Shown: positions 8,344-16,761 of the stretch, piece after piece | Position numbering within the stretch: the stretch's first letter is position 1 | Layout: each line of letters starts with the position of its first letter | DNA from: a virus | Strand: one strand, 5' to 3' | Length of the DNA stretch: 26,648 bases | Virus genome (UHGV): UHGV-0191547 | Made by a program: the position numbers and the translations under genes | The notes under the pieces: model-generated | Told to the model about the DNA's origin: nothing | Seen by the model: the letters and a program-made list of their open reading frames with translations, nothing else | Databases searched by the model: none

Positions 8344-8547
8344 TTAAGGTAACTCCACTTCGTTAAATGTAACAAGCACCCCTTGATTTTCTTTATTTAT
8401 AATTATGAAGGCATTAATTGAAGGCAGACATCTTTCCACGCGGTAAACGTCACCAATATCTAAACTGTAATATTCTGTTAATTCTCTATTGTTCCCTTTA
8501 GCAAAACCCGTAAACCTAACCATTTTTTGACCGTCGTACTTTAACAT
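8344..8547 (-). CDS. Hypothetical protein (67 aa), cassette C
   Basis: - strand ORF with AGGA RBS, tightly packed with neighbours; AT-rich. Confidence 0.45.
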   Translation of the reverse strand: MLKYDGQKMVRFTGFAKGNNRELTEYYSLDIGDVYRVERCLPSINAFIIINKENQGVLVTFNEVELP

Positions 8548-8555
8548 ATACAGTC

Positions 8556-8804
8556 CTATAGGTTATCACGCAGATAATTAACGCCTTTGTCAGTGACGAA
8601 TGAGTGATTAACCTGGTTTTCATCCGTCATGATGATGAATGACTTTTCCTGTAGGTATTTCGCTTTTGGGTACAGCGTTAAACAGACCTGGTACAGTATC
8701 CCGCGCTCAATCAGCAAATCAATAAATTCGTGCTCATGATAACCGACGAGGCGGGCGGCTTGTTTCAACGTGTACACATAATCGCCGTGATTGCGCCGCC
8801 CCAT
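8556..8804 (-). CDS. Hypothetical protein (82 aa), cassette C; possible helix-turn-helix
   Basis: Segment YTLKQAARLVGYHEHEFIDLLIERGIL has a helix-turn-helix-like pattern; no family recognised. Confidence 0.45.
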   Translation of the reverse strand: MGRRNHGDYVYTLKQAARLVGYHEHEFIDLLIERGILYQVCLTLYPKAKYLQEKSFIIMTDENQVNHSFVTDKGVNYLRDNL

Positions 8805-8813
8805 GTTGCCGCC

Positions 8814-9161
8814 TTATTTATCGAATGCGCCCAGGTTATCTATGCAGAAGTCTTTCGCAGCTTTTTCGTATTCGCGTTTTGCTTGCGGATCGTCTGCCGG
8901 GAAACCTTTTGCGTGTATTTCACCAGGGCAAGACTGATCCATAGAATCAGCAAATTCAACATTGACGTTAAAGTTAATATCTTTCGGATTCATGTTTTCC
9001 ACCTCATCAATTATCTGCACCGGATTAGCGGCATATTTCACTGGATGGCCTAAACTACATTCAAGAATCCTTCCTTCTTCCAAAGCTGCCTCTTCGCTAT
9101 CAAATAATCCGAAACACTCCTTGCAACCACTTAACCACACATCAAGACTATATTTTTGCAT
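8814..9161 (-). CDS. Hypothetical Cys-containing acidic protein (115 aa), cassette C
   Basis: - strand ORF with GAGAGG RBS; CKEC...C...SCPGEIH cysteines suggest possible metal binding. Confidence 0.5.
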   Translation of the reverse strand: MQKYSLDVWLSGCKECFGLFDSEEAALEEGRILECSLGHPVKYAANPVQIIDEVENMNPKDINFNVNVEFADSMDQSCPGEIHAKGFPADDPQAKREYEKAAKDFCIDNLGAFDK

Positions 9162-9173
9162 TTCGTTAACCTC

Positions 9174-9329
9174 TCATTTGACAGGTTCGATTCTGTACCC
9201 CAAAACGCGTTCGTCTTCAGCGAGTAATAGCGCGTCAGTCAGTGCCTCGCCTTCGTCTTTATACAGAGCTACAGTCATTTCCCTGCCACCTGACAGGAAT
9301 ACCTTCAACCTCCACACCTTATCAGCCAT
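9174..9329 (-). CDS. Hypothetical small protein (51 aa from MADKVWRL), first gene of cassette C
   Basis: Internal start preferred (RBS GGAGGTG, 6 nt spacing); the ORF-track start at 9404 overlaps the predicted -35. Confidence 0.4.
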   Translation of the reverse strand: MADKVWRLKVFLSGGREMTVALYKDEGEALTDALLLAEDERVLGYRIEPVK

Positions 9330-9375
9330 CTCACACCTCCGCGCCATTTTGTTAACTGTGCTTCCGTTTGAGTAA

Positions 9376-9404
9376 AATATACATATTGTATAAACCGCGA
9401 TCAA
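9376..9404 (-). promoter_or_regulatory. Candidate sigma70 promoter for cassette C (TTGATC-N17-TATATT) with upstream CCAAAATGG element
   Basis: - strand reads CCAAAATGGA-TTGATC-17 nt-TATATT; same architecture as the cassette A and B elements. Confidence 0.35.
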
Positions 9405-9458
9405 TCCATTTTGGTATGATTTAGCGTGACGCAGATCACAAAATCAGAAGGTGAGAAA

Positions 9459-10163
9459 ATGCGCAATATACCTACAGAGATGATTATTGATTCCGTGGAC
9501 GCTGGTGTGGGCGCGGTGATTGACTTGTTCGAACTGGACTTGTCGCCCCTGGGTGGCGAGGTTATCCGCTTCCATTCCGGCGCGAATGGCTATTACGGCC
9601 CGGTTATCTGGAAGGGATTAACTTACAACAGCTACCCGATCGAGGCTACTGGCTTCGAAATGAAAAACGAGGGCGTTTATTCGCGGCCTCAAATGGTTGT
9701 AGCCAATATCGGCGGGCTAATCACAGGGATGAATAACGACTTCAACGACCTGCGAGGAATGAAGGTTACGCGCCGCCAGGTGGAAGTAAAATACCTGGAC
9801 GCCGTTAACTTCCCAAACGGCAATCCAGACGCAGATCCATCTATTGAGGCTGTATCTTTTTACGTCGTGGAGGCCATGAGCGAGGAAACAGCGGATCAGG
9901 TGCAATATGAGCTGTCAACGCCAATTGATGCTGATAAGGCCGTTATCCCTGGGCGCACCATCCTTGCTGACGTTTGCCAGTGGCAATACAGAGGCGACGG
10001 GTGTATGTACGCTGGCGGACCAGTAGCAAACGATAAAGACGAGCCGACAAGCGATCCTAAAGCCGACAGATGCAGCCACCGTCTAAGCGGTTGTCGTTTG
10101 CGTTTCCCGCGTCCAAATCCGTTACCGATTTCCTGTTTCCCTGGTTCCAGTAAGGTAGGTTAA
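9459..10163 (+). CDS. L: Minor tail protein L
   Basis: Start at MRNIPTEM (RBS AGGTGAG); VTRRQVEVKYLDAVNF and PGRTILADVCQWQYRGDGC match recalled lambda gpL blocks. Confidence 0.85.
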   Translation: MRNIPTEMIIDSVDAGVGAVIDLFELDLSPLGGEVIRFHSGANGYYGPVIWKGLTYNSYPIEATGFEMKNEGVYSRPQMVVANIGGLITGMNNDFNDLRGMKVTRRQVEVKYLDAVNFPNGNPDADPSIEAVSFYVVEAMSEETADQVQYELSTPIDADKAVIPGRTILADVCQWQYRGDGCMYAGGPVANDKDEPTSDPKADRCSHRLSGCRLRFPRPNPLPISCFPGSSKVG

Positions 10164-10165
10164 TC

Positions 10166-10897
10166 ATGGTAATGGAAGACAAAATGTTGCGTTATGCCGC
10201 CGCGCATCCGTTTGAAGAAGTTTGCGGACTGGTAATAGATAACGAATATTTTTACCCGTGCGCTAACGTGTCTGAAACGCCCTACAACAGCTTCAAAATT
10301 TCGCCGGACGATTACATCAAAGCTGACGAATTGGGCGTTATAACCGCCGTTTTTCACTCTCACGTTGATGATATTCCGGTATTGTCGGCACGGGATCGAC
10401 AACAGCAGGTTATTTCAGGACTACCCTGGCTTTTGTATTCAGGCGGAAGGATCAGGAAATTCCGTCCGGTAGCGCACCTGTTAGGCAGAAAATTTGAACA
10501 CGGGAAAACAGACTGCTACGCGCTTTTCCGCGACGCCTATCACCTTTGCGGCGTGGATCTGCCTGACTTCGAGCGCCTTGATGGGTGGTGGTTGCGTGGT
10601 GAAAACCTGTATTTAAAAAACTTGCCTCTAAACGGGTTTTTCCAGGTTGACGCTAAAAGCATACAGCCTGGAGATGTAATTATCCGGCAGCCGTTTAAAG
10701 GCGCGGACCCATGCCACGCGATGATTTACCTGGGCGATAACACTGTTTTGCATCATGACAATGCCGGACTGCTAAGCCGCCGCGAGCAAATGCGGCCCGC
10801 TTATGTTCGACAAACGCATTCAATATGGAGATCTGATAAATGCTCAAATTTAGATTTACGGGCAATCTTCGAAGATATTACAGCAAAGTGTGTTTAA
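10166..10897 (+). CDS. K: Tail tip assembly protein K (NlpC/P60 plus JAB/MPN-like domains)
   Basis: FHSHVDD (JAMM-like) and GKTDCYALFRDAYHL (NlpC/P60 Cys) motifs; collinear with lambda gpK in my recalled alignment. Confidence 0.85.
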   Translation: MVMEDKMLRYAAAHPFEEVCGLVIDNEYFYPCANVSETPYNSFKISPDDYIKADELGVITAVFHSHVDDIPVLSARDRQQQVISGLPWLLYSGGRIRKFRPVAHLLGRKFEHGKTDCYALFRDAYHLCGVDLPDFERLDGWWLRGENLYLKNLPLNGFFQVDAKSIQPGDVIIRQPFKGADPCHAMIYLGDNTVLHHDNAGLLSRREQMRPAYVRQTHSIWRSDKCSNLDLRAIFEDITAKCV

Positions 10898-11370
10898 ACG
10901 TTGAAACGCCAGCGCAAGGACTTCGCTTGTTGACCGCGCAGAATCAGGAATTCAAGAAGGCGTTTTTAAATACACCTTTGCGTTTACGAATTTCCGGGAA
11001 AGATTACGACGAAAAGACCGCGCCCGCTGCGGTTAATAGCAAATATCCAGATGGGACTACGGTAATTATTGCGCCAATAGTGGAAGGTGGTATTGCAGGG
11101 ATCGGTGTGGTCGGTTGGATTATGATCGGAATATCAGTTGTTAGTGTCGCATTTTCTATTTTCATGTCTCGCAACATGAAGGTGAAAACATCATCAGAAA
11201 GCGCACAGGATAACACCATAACAAACAACAGTTACACCAGCATAGAAAACAGGGTGGGCCAGGGTAGACCAGTGCCAATTTTATTGGGTGAAATGAAAGT
11301 AGGTTCAAACGTCGGATCGTTAGGCATAGACACAACAAACAATAAAGACGCCTTAGACGTTGTAAGTTAA
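10840..11370 (+). CDS. I: Tail assembly protein I
   Basis: GEMKVGSNVGS matches recalled lambda gpI GEMRVGSRVVS; Gly-rich hydrophobic central segment; overlaps the K 3' end in another frame. Confidence 0.8.
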   Translation: MLKFRFTGNLRRYYSKVCLNVETPAQGLRLLTAQNQEFKKAFLNTPLRLRISGKDYDEKTAPAAVNSKYPDGTTVIIAPIVEGGIAGIGVVGWIMIGISVVSVAFSIFMSRNMKVKTSSESAQDNTITNNSYTSIENRVGQGRPVPILLGEMKVGSNVGSLGIDTTNNKDALDVVS

Positions 11371-11384
11371 CAGGAGAAATAACC

Positions 11385-14300
11385 ATGAGTAGCGGCGGCG
11401 GCAAAGCAAAAACACCAACTTTAATTAACGATAATCTATATCACAAACAGTTTTATCGTGTACTCGACATTATTTCAGAAGGTCCGATTTATGGTCCTGT
11501 TAATACCAATGCGCCATTAAACAGCGTAATGCTTAATGACACCCCTGTAACTGACGCGAACGGCAATACCAGCATCCCCGGTATTAGCGTAGCGTGGCGC
11601 AATGGTACGATAGATCAATCACCGATTAACGGTTTTAACGCCATTGAATCAACCGTTATTGTTAACGCACAGGTTAAACACGATACACCAATAATCAGGA
11701 CCGTTTCCGATCCTAACGTAAACCGCGTTCGCCTGAATATCGGCGTCGATTCACTTGTACAATCTGACGAGCAAAGCAATCAACATAACACATCGGTTAT
11801 GATGATGATTGACGTGAAGCCTTCGTCTTCTTCTACGTGGACGCTTGTTAAAGACGTTACTATAGGCCCAGGTAAGATCAGCGGAGAATATCTTGAAGCG
11901 CATATTATCAATGCACCAGATGAAAAACCGTTTGATATTCGCGTTCGCCGTGTAACCGCTGATAGCACAAGCGATCTGTTGCAGAATGATACGCGATGGA
12001 GTAGCTACAGCGAAATAATCGACGATAATTTGTCTTATCCTCACACCGCTGTAGCTGGCGCGGTAATTGACCATGATCAGTACGCTGACACGCCTACCCG
12101 CACCTATCACCTTCGCGGGCTGATTGTTGATATTCCTGATAACTACGACCCGGAAAAGCGCACTTATTCCGGTTTGTGGCTTGGCGGCTTCAAACAGGCG
12201 TACACCAATAACCCAGCATGGATCTTCCGCTATCTGGTTAAAAACGAGCGTTTCGGCCTTGCTCGTCACGCTGGCTATATTGACGTTGACGACGGCGCAT
12301 TATATACGCTTTCTCAATACTGCGACCAGTTGGTTGATGATGGCTACGGCGGCCTTGAGCCTCGCATGACGCTTAACGCTTACATCACAGAGCAAATGAG
12401 CGCCCGCGACTTACTGGACAATATCGCCGGGATGTTCAGGGGTATCGCGTTATGGGACGGGCAACGCCTTACCGTGATGATTGATGCACCACAAGACCCG
12501 ATCGCCACCATTACAAATGCAAATGTCGTTGATGGCGCGTTTACTCGTTCAAGTATCGCCCGCGCAGAATGCTACAACGCCGTGATCGTATCATGGACTG
12601 ACCCGGAAAACGGATGGGAGCAATCAAAAGAGTATGTAGCAGACGATGAACTGATCGCCCGTGATGGTTACAACGAAACCACGTTAGAGGCGTTCGGGTG
12701 CACATCACGCGGGCAAGCATACCGCGCGGGCAAGTGGCTGATAGAAACAGCAAAACGCGAGCCGTCAAAATTCACGTTTAAAATGGCGCGTGACGCGATT
12801 CACTTTACGCCAGGGGATATTATCGAGATACTCGACAATAACCGCGCAGGCGCTCGTTTAGGCGGCCGCATCGTTGCGAACAACGGCAAAGTAATAACGG
12901 TAGATAAGGTTGACGCCAATTATATCGCCGCTGGGGATACAATCAGCCTTCTTGATAGCGATGGCAAGTTTAAAAAGCATCAGATCACCGGGGTGAGCGG
13001 AAACAAAATCACACTGGCGGCGGCCCCGTCATGGATTCGAAACGGCACTGTTTTTGCTGTATCCACTGAATCAGCAAAACCCGTTTTGTGCCGGATCACC
13101 AGTGTAGCCGAAACAGAAAATAACAGCGTGTACACCATCGAGGCCGCACAGCACGACCCGAACAAGCAAGCAGTGGTCGATGAAGGCGCAATATTTGAAG
13201 TCAACAATGACACGCTTAACCATTTCCGCGTGCCGAACATTGAAAATCTGAAGGTGGTAAACATTGGATCGGAAACAATTCAATGTCGCGCCACATGGGA
13301 AACGCAGACAACAACGCATCGTATGACATTTGAGATCCGCATATATAATGCAGATGGTGCGGTGGTTAAAAGCTATGAAACAACGAAATACAGTTATGAT
13401 TTTTATGGCATTGACGCTGGCGTGTATTCTTTAGGGGTTCGCGGAAGAAATGACACTGGCATGAAGGGCGCGGAAAGTATTGTGGATCTGGTTATTGGTG
13501 CGCCAGCAGCGCCAATAGGTGTTAACTGGGTACCAGGTGTATTTCAGGCTACCGTATACCCGATAAGTAAGACAACGCTAACCACTGATACAGCGTATGA
13601 ATTCTACTATGCAGGGGAAAACCAGATCACAGATCCGGCAAAAATAACCACGGCGGCACAGTTTACCGGGCGCGGGTATCAGTGGACGTTCGGCGGAATG
13701 AACACGGGCCATACTTATTACGTTTATGTGCGTACACGTAATGCTTTTGGCGTGTCAGACTTCGTTGAAGCATCAGGTAAGCCGACAGAAAATTTTGATG
13801 AAATTAGCGATTACGTCACCAAAGACGTGATGAATTCCGAACAATTTAAAGAAATGGTGGGCGACATTAAGGATCTTGGCGATCGCACTGACATTATCGA
13901 AAGTGCAACTCAAGACCTTAAAACAGCTACTGATACCCTAAGCGGAATAACTGAAGGCTTAAGAACTGATACTGATAATTTAATTACAGAAACAGAATCA
14001 ATTAAAGCTGATACTGATTCCCTTAAAAAAGACACTGAAGACCTTTACAAGAAAGTCGAAGAAAACGCCGATGAAATAGGTAAACATGAGGTAAGAATTG
14101 ACTCATTAGAGGTATCAAGCGAAAACGTAGATAATGAACTGGCACAGACAAAAGCAAGCCTACAAAACGCATCGCTTGCTCTTATTAATAATTCGCTTGC
14201 TCAAACTAATACCAGAAGAACGCTGACAGCTCAGATCAAAAACGTGGATTATGAAACTAAGGCGCAAATAGATCGCATTGATAACGTGATTGTCAGTGAA

Positions 14301-16304
14301 AAAGAAGCAAGAGCGGAGGCAATGGAGACAATTACCGCCGAAATCGACACGATGGATAAAAACATCAAAGGTGAGATTGCGCGCGTAGATACTGCCATTG
14401 CCAATGAGAGCCAGGCAAGGGCTGATGCCATCAGTGAAGTTAGCGCAAACATTGACGCACTTGATAGTAAAACAGATGCCAGTGTTAATCGTCTTGATCA
14501 AGCTATCGCAGATGAGGCCAGCGCACGCGCACAGGCTATCAGCAATGTCAATGCGAGCATGACAAATCTTGATAACAAGGTTACAAGCAACGTTTCTAGA
14601 CTTGATCAGGCAATAGCTGACGAATCAAGCGCAAGAGCAGAAGCCGATGATCAGTTAATAGCAAAAAGCGAAAAACTTGATGGTGATCTCGCTATGGCAA
14701 GGGCAAGCCTACAAAACGCTTCGCTTGCTCTCATCAATAATACATTGTCTCAGACAAAGACAAGGCGCACTCTCACAGCGGAGTTCAAACGCGGACAAAG
14801 TGAAACTAAAGCACAAATTGACCGTATTGATAATGTCATTACTGACGAAAAACAGGCAACAGCGGAAGCGTTTGAAACTATCACAGCAGAAATGAACACG
14901 ATGGACTCAAACATTAAAGGAGAAATATCACGATTAGATAAAGTGATCGCGACTGAAACGCAAGCAAGATCTGAAGCTATAAGTAGTGTTAATGCAAGCA
15001 TAAAGACGCTAGAAAGCGACACTGAAGCCAGCGTTAACCGTCTTGATCAGGCAGTTGCTGACGAGGCCAGCGCCCGCGCACAAGCTATCAGCGGAGTAAA
15101 TGCAAGCATCAGCACGCTTGATAGCAAGGTTACAAGCAATGTGACCCGTATCGACAAAGCTATTGCAGATGAGACGCAGGCCCGCACAGACGCAATAAGC
15201 AACCTTAACTCATCGCTTACCAGTACGATTAATTCTAAAGTATCTGAAGTATCAACAGCACTTTCTACGCATGAAGCATCAAGCGCGGAAAAATTCAGCC
15301 AGATCTCAGCGTCTTTCGAAGCTGTAAACTCAAGCATCACGGAATGGTCGCAGACCATGACAACGGCGGACGAGGCATTATCAACCAAAATTGATCAGTT
15401 AACAGTAACCGTTAATGGGAACACAACAGCGATCGAGACGACATCGAAAGCGTTAACCGACTTCAAAGGTAATGTTGATGCGTCATGGTCAATCAAGATT
15501 GCTACTGATAACAACGGCATGAAATACGCTACAGGTATGTCGCTTGGCCTGACTGGTAGCGGGACTAACGTTCAATCGCAGTGTATTTTCCTCGTTGACC
15601 GCTTCGTGTTAATGACCGCAGCAAACGGCACATATACAACGCCTTTCTATGTGTCTAATGGTGCAATGTATGTGAAAGAAGCGTTTATTAAAAACGCATC
15701 AATAGGTACAGCTAAAATTGCAGATGCAGCCATTACTATGGCTAAAATTGTTAATGAAATAAAATCATCAAACTATGTTGCTGGTTCTAAAGGTTGGAGG
15801 ATAACACAAAGCGGATCATCAGAATTTAACGATGTTGTGGTAAGGGGCGAAATCCATGCTAATAGCGGTAAATTCAAAGGAACTGTAGAAGCTACATCCT
15901 TTGTTGGTGATGTCGCATCTACTAACGTTATACCGCAATCATCATTCCCTGGGACAAGTACAAGCGGATCTCGATCTGTTACGAAGACGTATAAAGATTC
16001 ATCATCAAGCTCGCTTTCGAAAACAGTTTTCGTAATGATTCCTTACCATCTTACTTATTATACTTATTCAGGATCATCAACAATAAAAGTAACAATTGAT
16101 ATTAATGGCAATAGCAAAACATATAACGTAGTAAGGGCGGCATCATCGCCTCAATTCGGATTTACGGTATCACATTGCGTAACTGGGATTACTGCTCAAA
16201 CAGTTACGATAAAAATAACAGAGGAATACACCAACACCGGAACATCAGCAGAAAGAAGGCCAGGTCTTGCACTTGTTACAAGAAGCTCAGGATCATGGTC
16301 ATAA
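11385..16304 (+). CDS. J: Central tail fibre / host specificity protein J with an expanded coiled-coil repeat region
   Basis: 1639 aa; N-terminal ISEGPIYGP, FGCTSRGQAYRAGKWL and the C-terminal KYATGMSLG...FLVDRF block match recalled lambda gpJ; about 500 aa of heptad-like repeats inserted between them. Confidence 0.9.
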   Translation: MSSGGGKAKTPTLINDNLYHKQFYRVLDIISEGPIYGPVNTNAPLNSVMLNDTPVTDANGNTSIPGISVAWRNGTIDQSPINGFNAIESTVIVNAQVKHDTPIIRTVSDPNVNRVRLNIGVDSLVQSDEQSNQHNTSVMMMIDVKPSSSSTWTLVKDVTIGPGKISGEYLEAHIINAPDEKPFDIRVRRVTADSTSDLLQNDTRWSSYSEIIDDNLSYPHTAVAGAVIDHDQYADTPTRTYHLRGLIVDIPDNYDPEKRTYSGLWLGGFKQAYTNNPAWIFRYLVKNERFGLARHAGYIDVDDGALYTLSQYCDQLVDDGYGGLEPRMTLNAYITEQMSARDLLDNIAGMFRGIALWDGQRLTVMIDAPQDPIATITNANVVDGAFTRSSIARAECYNAVIVSWTDPENGWEQSKEYVADDELIARDGYNETTLEAFGCTSRGQAYRAGKWLIETAKREPSKFTFKMARDAIHFTPGDIIEILDNNRAGARLGGRIVANNGKVITVDKVDANYIAAGDTISLLDSDGKFKKHQITGVSGNKITLAAAPSWIRNGTVFAVSTESAKPVLCRITSVAETENNSVYTIEAAQHDPNKQAVVDEGAIFEVNNDTLNHFRVPNIENLKVVNIGSETIQCRATWETQTTTHRMTFEIRIYNADGAVVKSYETTKYSYDFYGIDAGVYSLGVRGRNDTGMKGAESIVDLVIGAPAAPIGVNWVPGVFQATVYPISKTTLTTDTAYEFYYAGENQITDPAKITTAAQFTGRGYQWTFGGMNTGHTYYVYVRTRNAFGVSDFVEASGKPTENFDEISDYVTKDVMNSEQFKEMVGDIKDLGDRTDIIESATQDLKTATDTLSGITEGLRTDTDNLITETESIKADTDSLKKDTEDLYKKVEENADEIGKHEVRIDSLEVSSENVDNELAQTKASLQNASLALINNSLAQTNTRRTLTAQIKNVDYETKAQIDRIDNVIVSEKEARAEAMETITAEIDTMDKNIKGEIARVDTAIANESQARADAISEVSANIDALDSKTDASVNRLDQAIADEASARAQAISNVNASMTNLDNKVTSNVSRLDQAIADESSARAEADDQLIAKSEKLDGDLAMARASLQNASLALINNTLSQTKTRRTLTAEFKRGQSETKAQIDRIDNVITDEKQATAEAFETITAEMNTMDSNIKGEISRLDKVIATETQARSEAISSVNASIKTLESDTEASVNRLDQAVADEASARAQAISGVNASISTLDSKVTSNVTRIDKAIADETQARTDAISNLNSSLTSTINSKVSEVSTALSTHEASSAEKFSQISASFEAVNSSITEWSQTMTTADEALSTKIDQLTVTVNGNTTAIETTSKALTDFKGNVDASWSIKIATDNNGMKYATGMSLGLTGSGTNVQSQCIFLVDRFVLMTAANGTYTTPFYVSNGAMYVKEAFIKNASIGTAKIADAAITMAKIVNEIKSSNYVAGSKGWRITQSGSSEFNDVVVRGEIHANSGKFKGTVEATSFVGDVASTNVIPQSSFPGTSTSGSRSVTKTYKDSSSSSLSKTVFVMIPYHLTYYTYSGSSTIKVTIDINGNSKTYNVVRAASSPQFGFTVSHCVTGITAQTVTIKITEEYTNTGTSAERRPGLALVTRSSGSWS
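14154..15200 (+). repeat. Intragenic tandem duplication in J (two diverged units of about 550 bp, roughly 183 aa each)
   Basis: Both units open with GCAAGCCTACAAAACGC (14154 and 14704) and contain nested VNRLDQA(I/V)ADE(A/S)SARA sub-repeats. Confidence 0.8.
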
Positions 16305-16306
16305 AA

Positions 16307-16335
16307 AATAACCCCGCTTCGCGCGGGGTTTTCTT
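16307..16335. terminator. Rho-independent terminator after J (CCCCGC-ttcgc-GCGGGG then TTTTCTTTT)
   Basis: Hairpin plus T-run; reverse complement of the 8112-8134 element. Confidence 0.6.
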
Positions 16336-16584
16336 TTAGTAGTTAGCTACACAATTCGACGGGCTACCTATGCGGCGCATGTTGTGATCGAGTTCATGAC
16401 ACCATTGACCAGTATATGGCAGTTTTTCAGTGTCATATACAAGATGACCATTAGCATCATAGACGATTTCTTGTGGAATCACTCCGCTATTTGGCAGGTT
16501 ATGCAATGCAGCTTCTTTGTCAACAGCGCAACCAGTAAGAGCAACAGCCGCAGCGAATAAAACCACTTTGAACATGTTTTTCAT
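16336..16584 (-). CDS. Small lipoprotein (82 aa), antisense cassette D between J and the tail fibre
   Basis: MKNMFKVVLFAAAVALTGC signal peptide with lipobox A-L-T-G-C; single gene between two terminators. Confidence 0.6.
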   Translation of the reverse strand: MKNMFKVVLFAAAVALTGCAVDKEAALHNLPNSGVIPQEIVYDANGHLVYDTEKLPYTGQWCHELDHNMRRIGSPSNCVANY

Positions 16585-16761
16585 TTTTTAATCCTCGTTC
16601 TTGTTAGCTCATCCGGTTCATCCGGTGGCTTAAATATCCGACAAAACCACATTTCGTATATTGATATAAATCAATAAATACATTTTGTATAAGTCAAAAA
16701 TGTAACATAGATCACAAAATGGTAGAATTATTCCGTTAATTAACATAATGGAGTCATTGCG

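Noticed and set aside
8009-9375. + strand ORFs 8009-8254, 8730-9053 and 8962-9375 in cassette C
   Set aside because: They span a terminator hairpin or are Ser-rich low-complexity shadow frames; the - strand ORFs have ribosome-binding sites and operon-like packing.
13800-15240. Possible CRISPR-like array suggested by repeated DNA
   Set aside because: The repeats are about 550 bp long, in frame, and encode coiled-coil protein sequence; there are no short direct repeats with unique spacers.
11751-15388. Antisense ORFs inside J (11751-12269, 12980-13319, 14160-14501, 14750-15022, 15047-15388)
   Set aside because: Shadow ORFs of the J reading frame; the 14160-15388 ones simply mirror the coiled-coil repeat.
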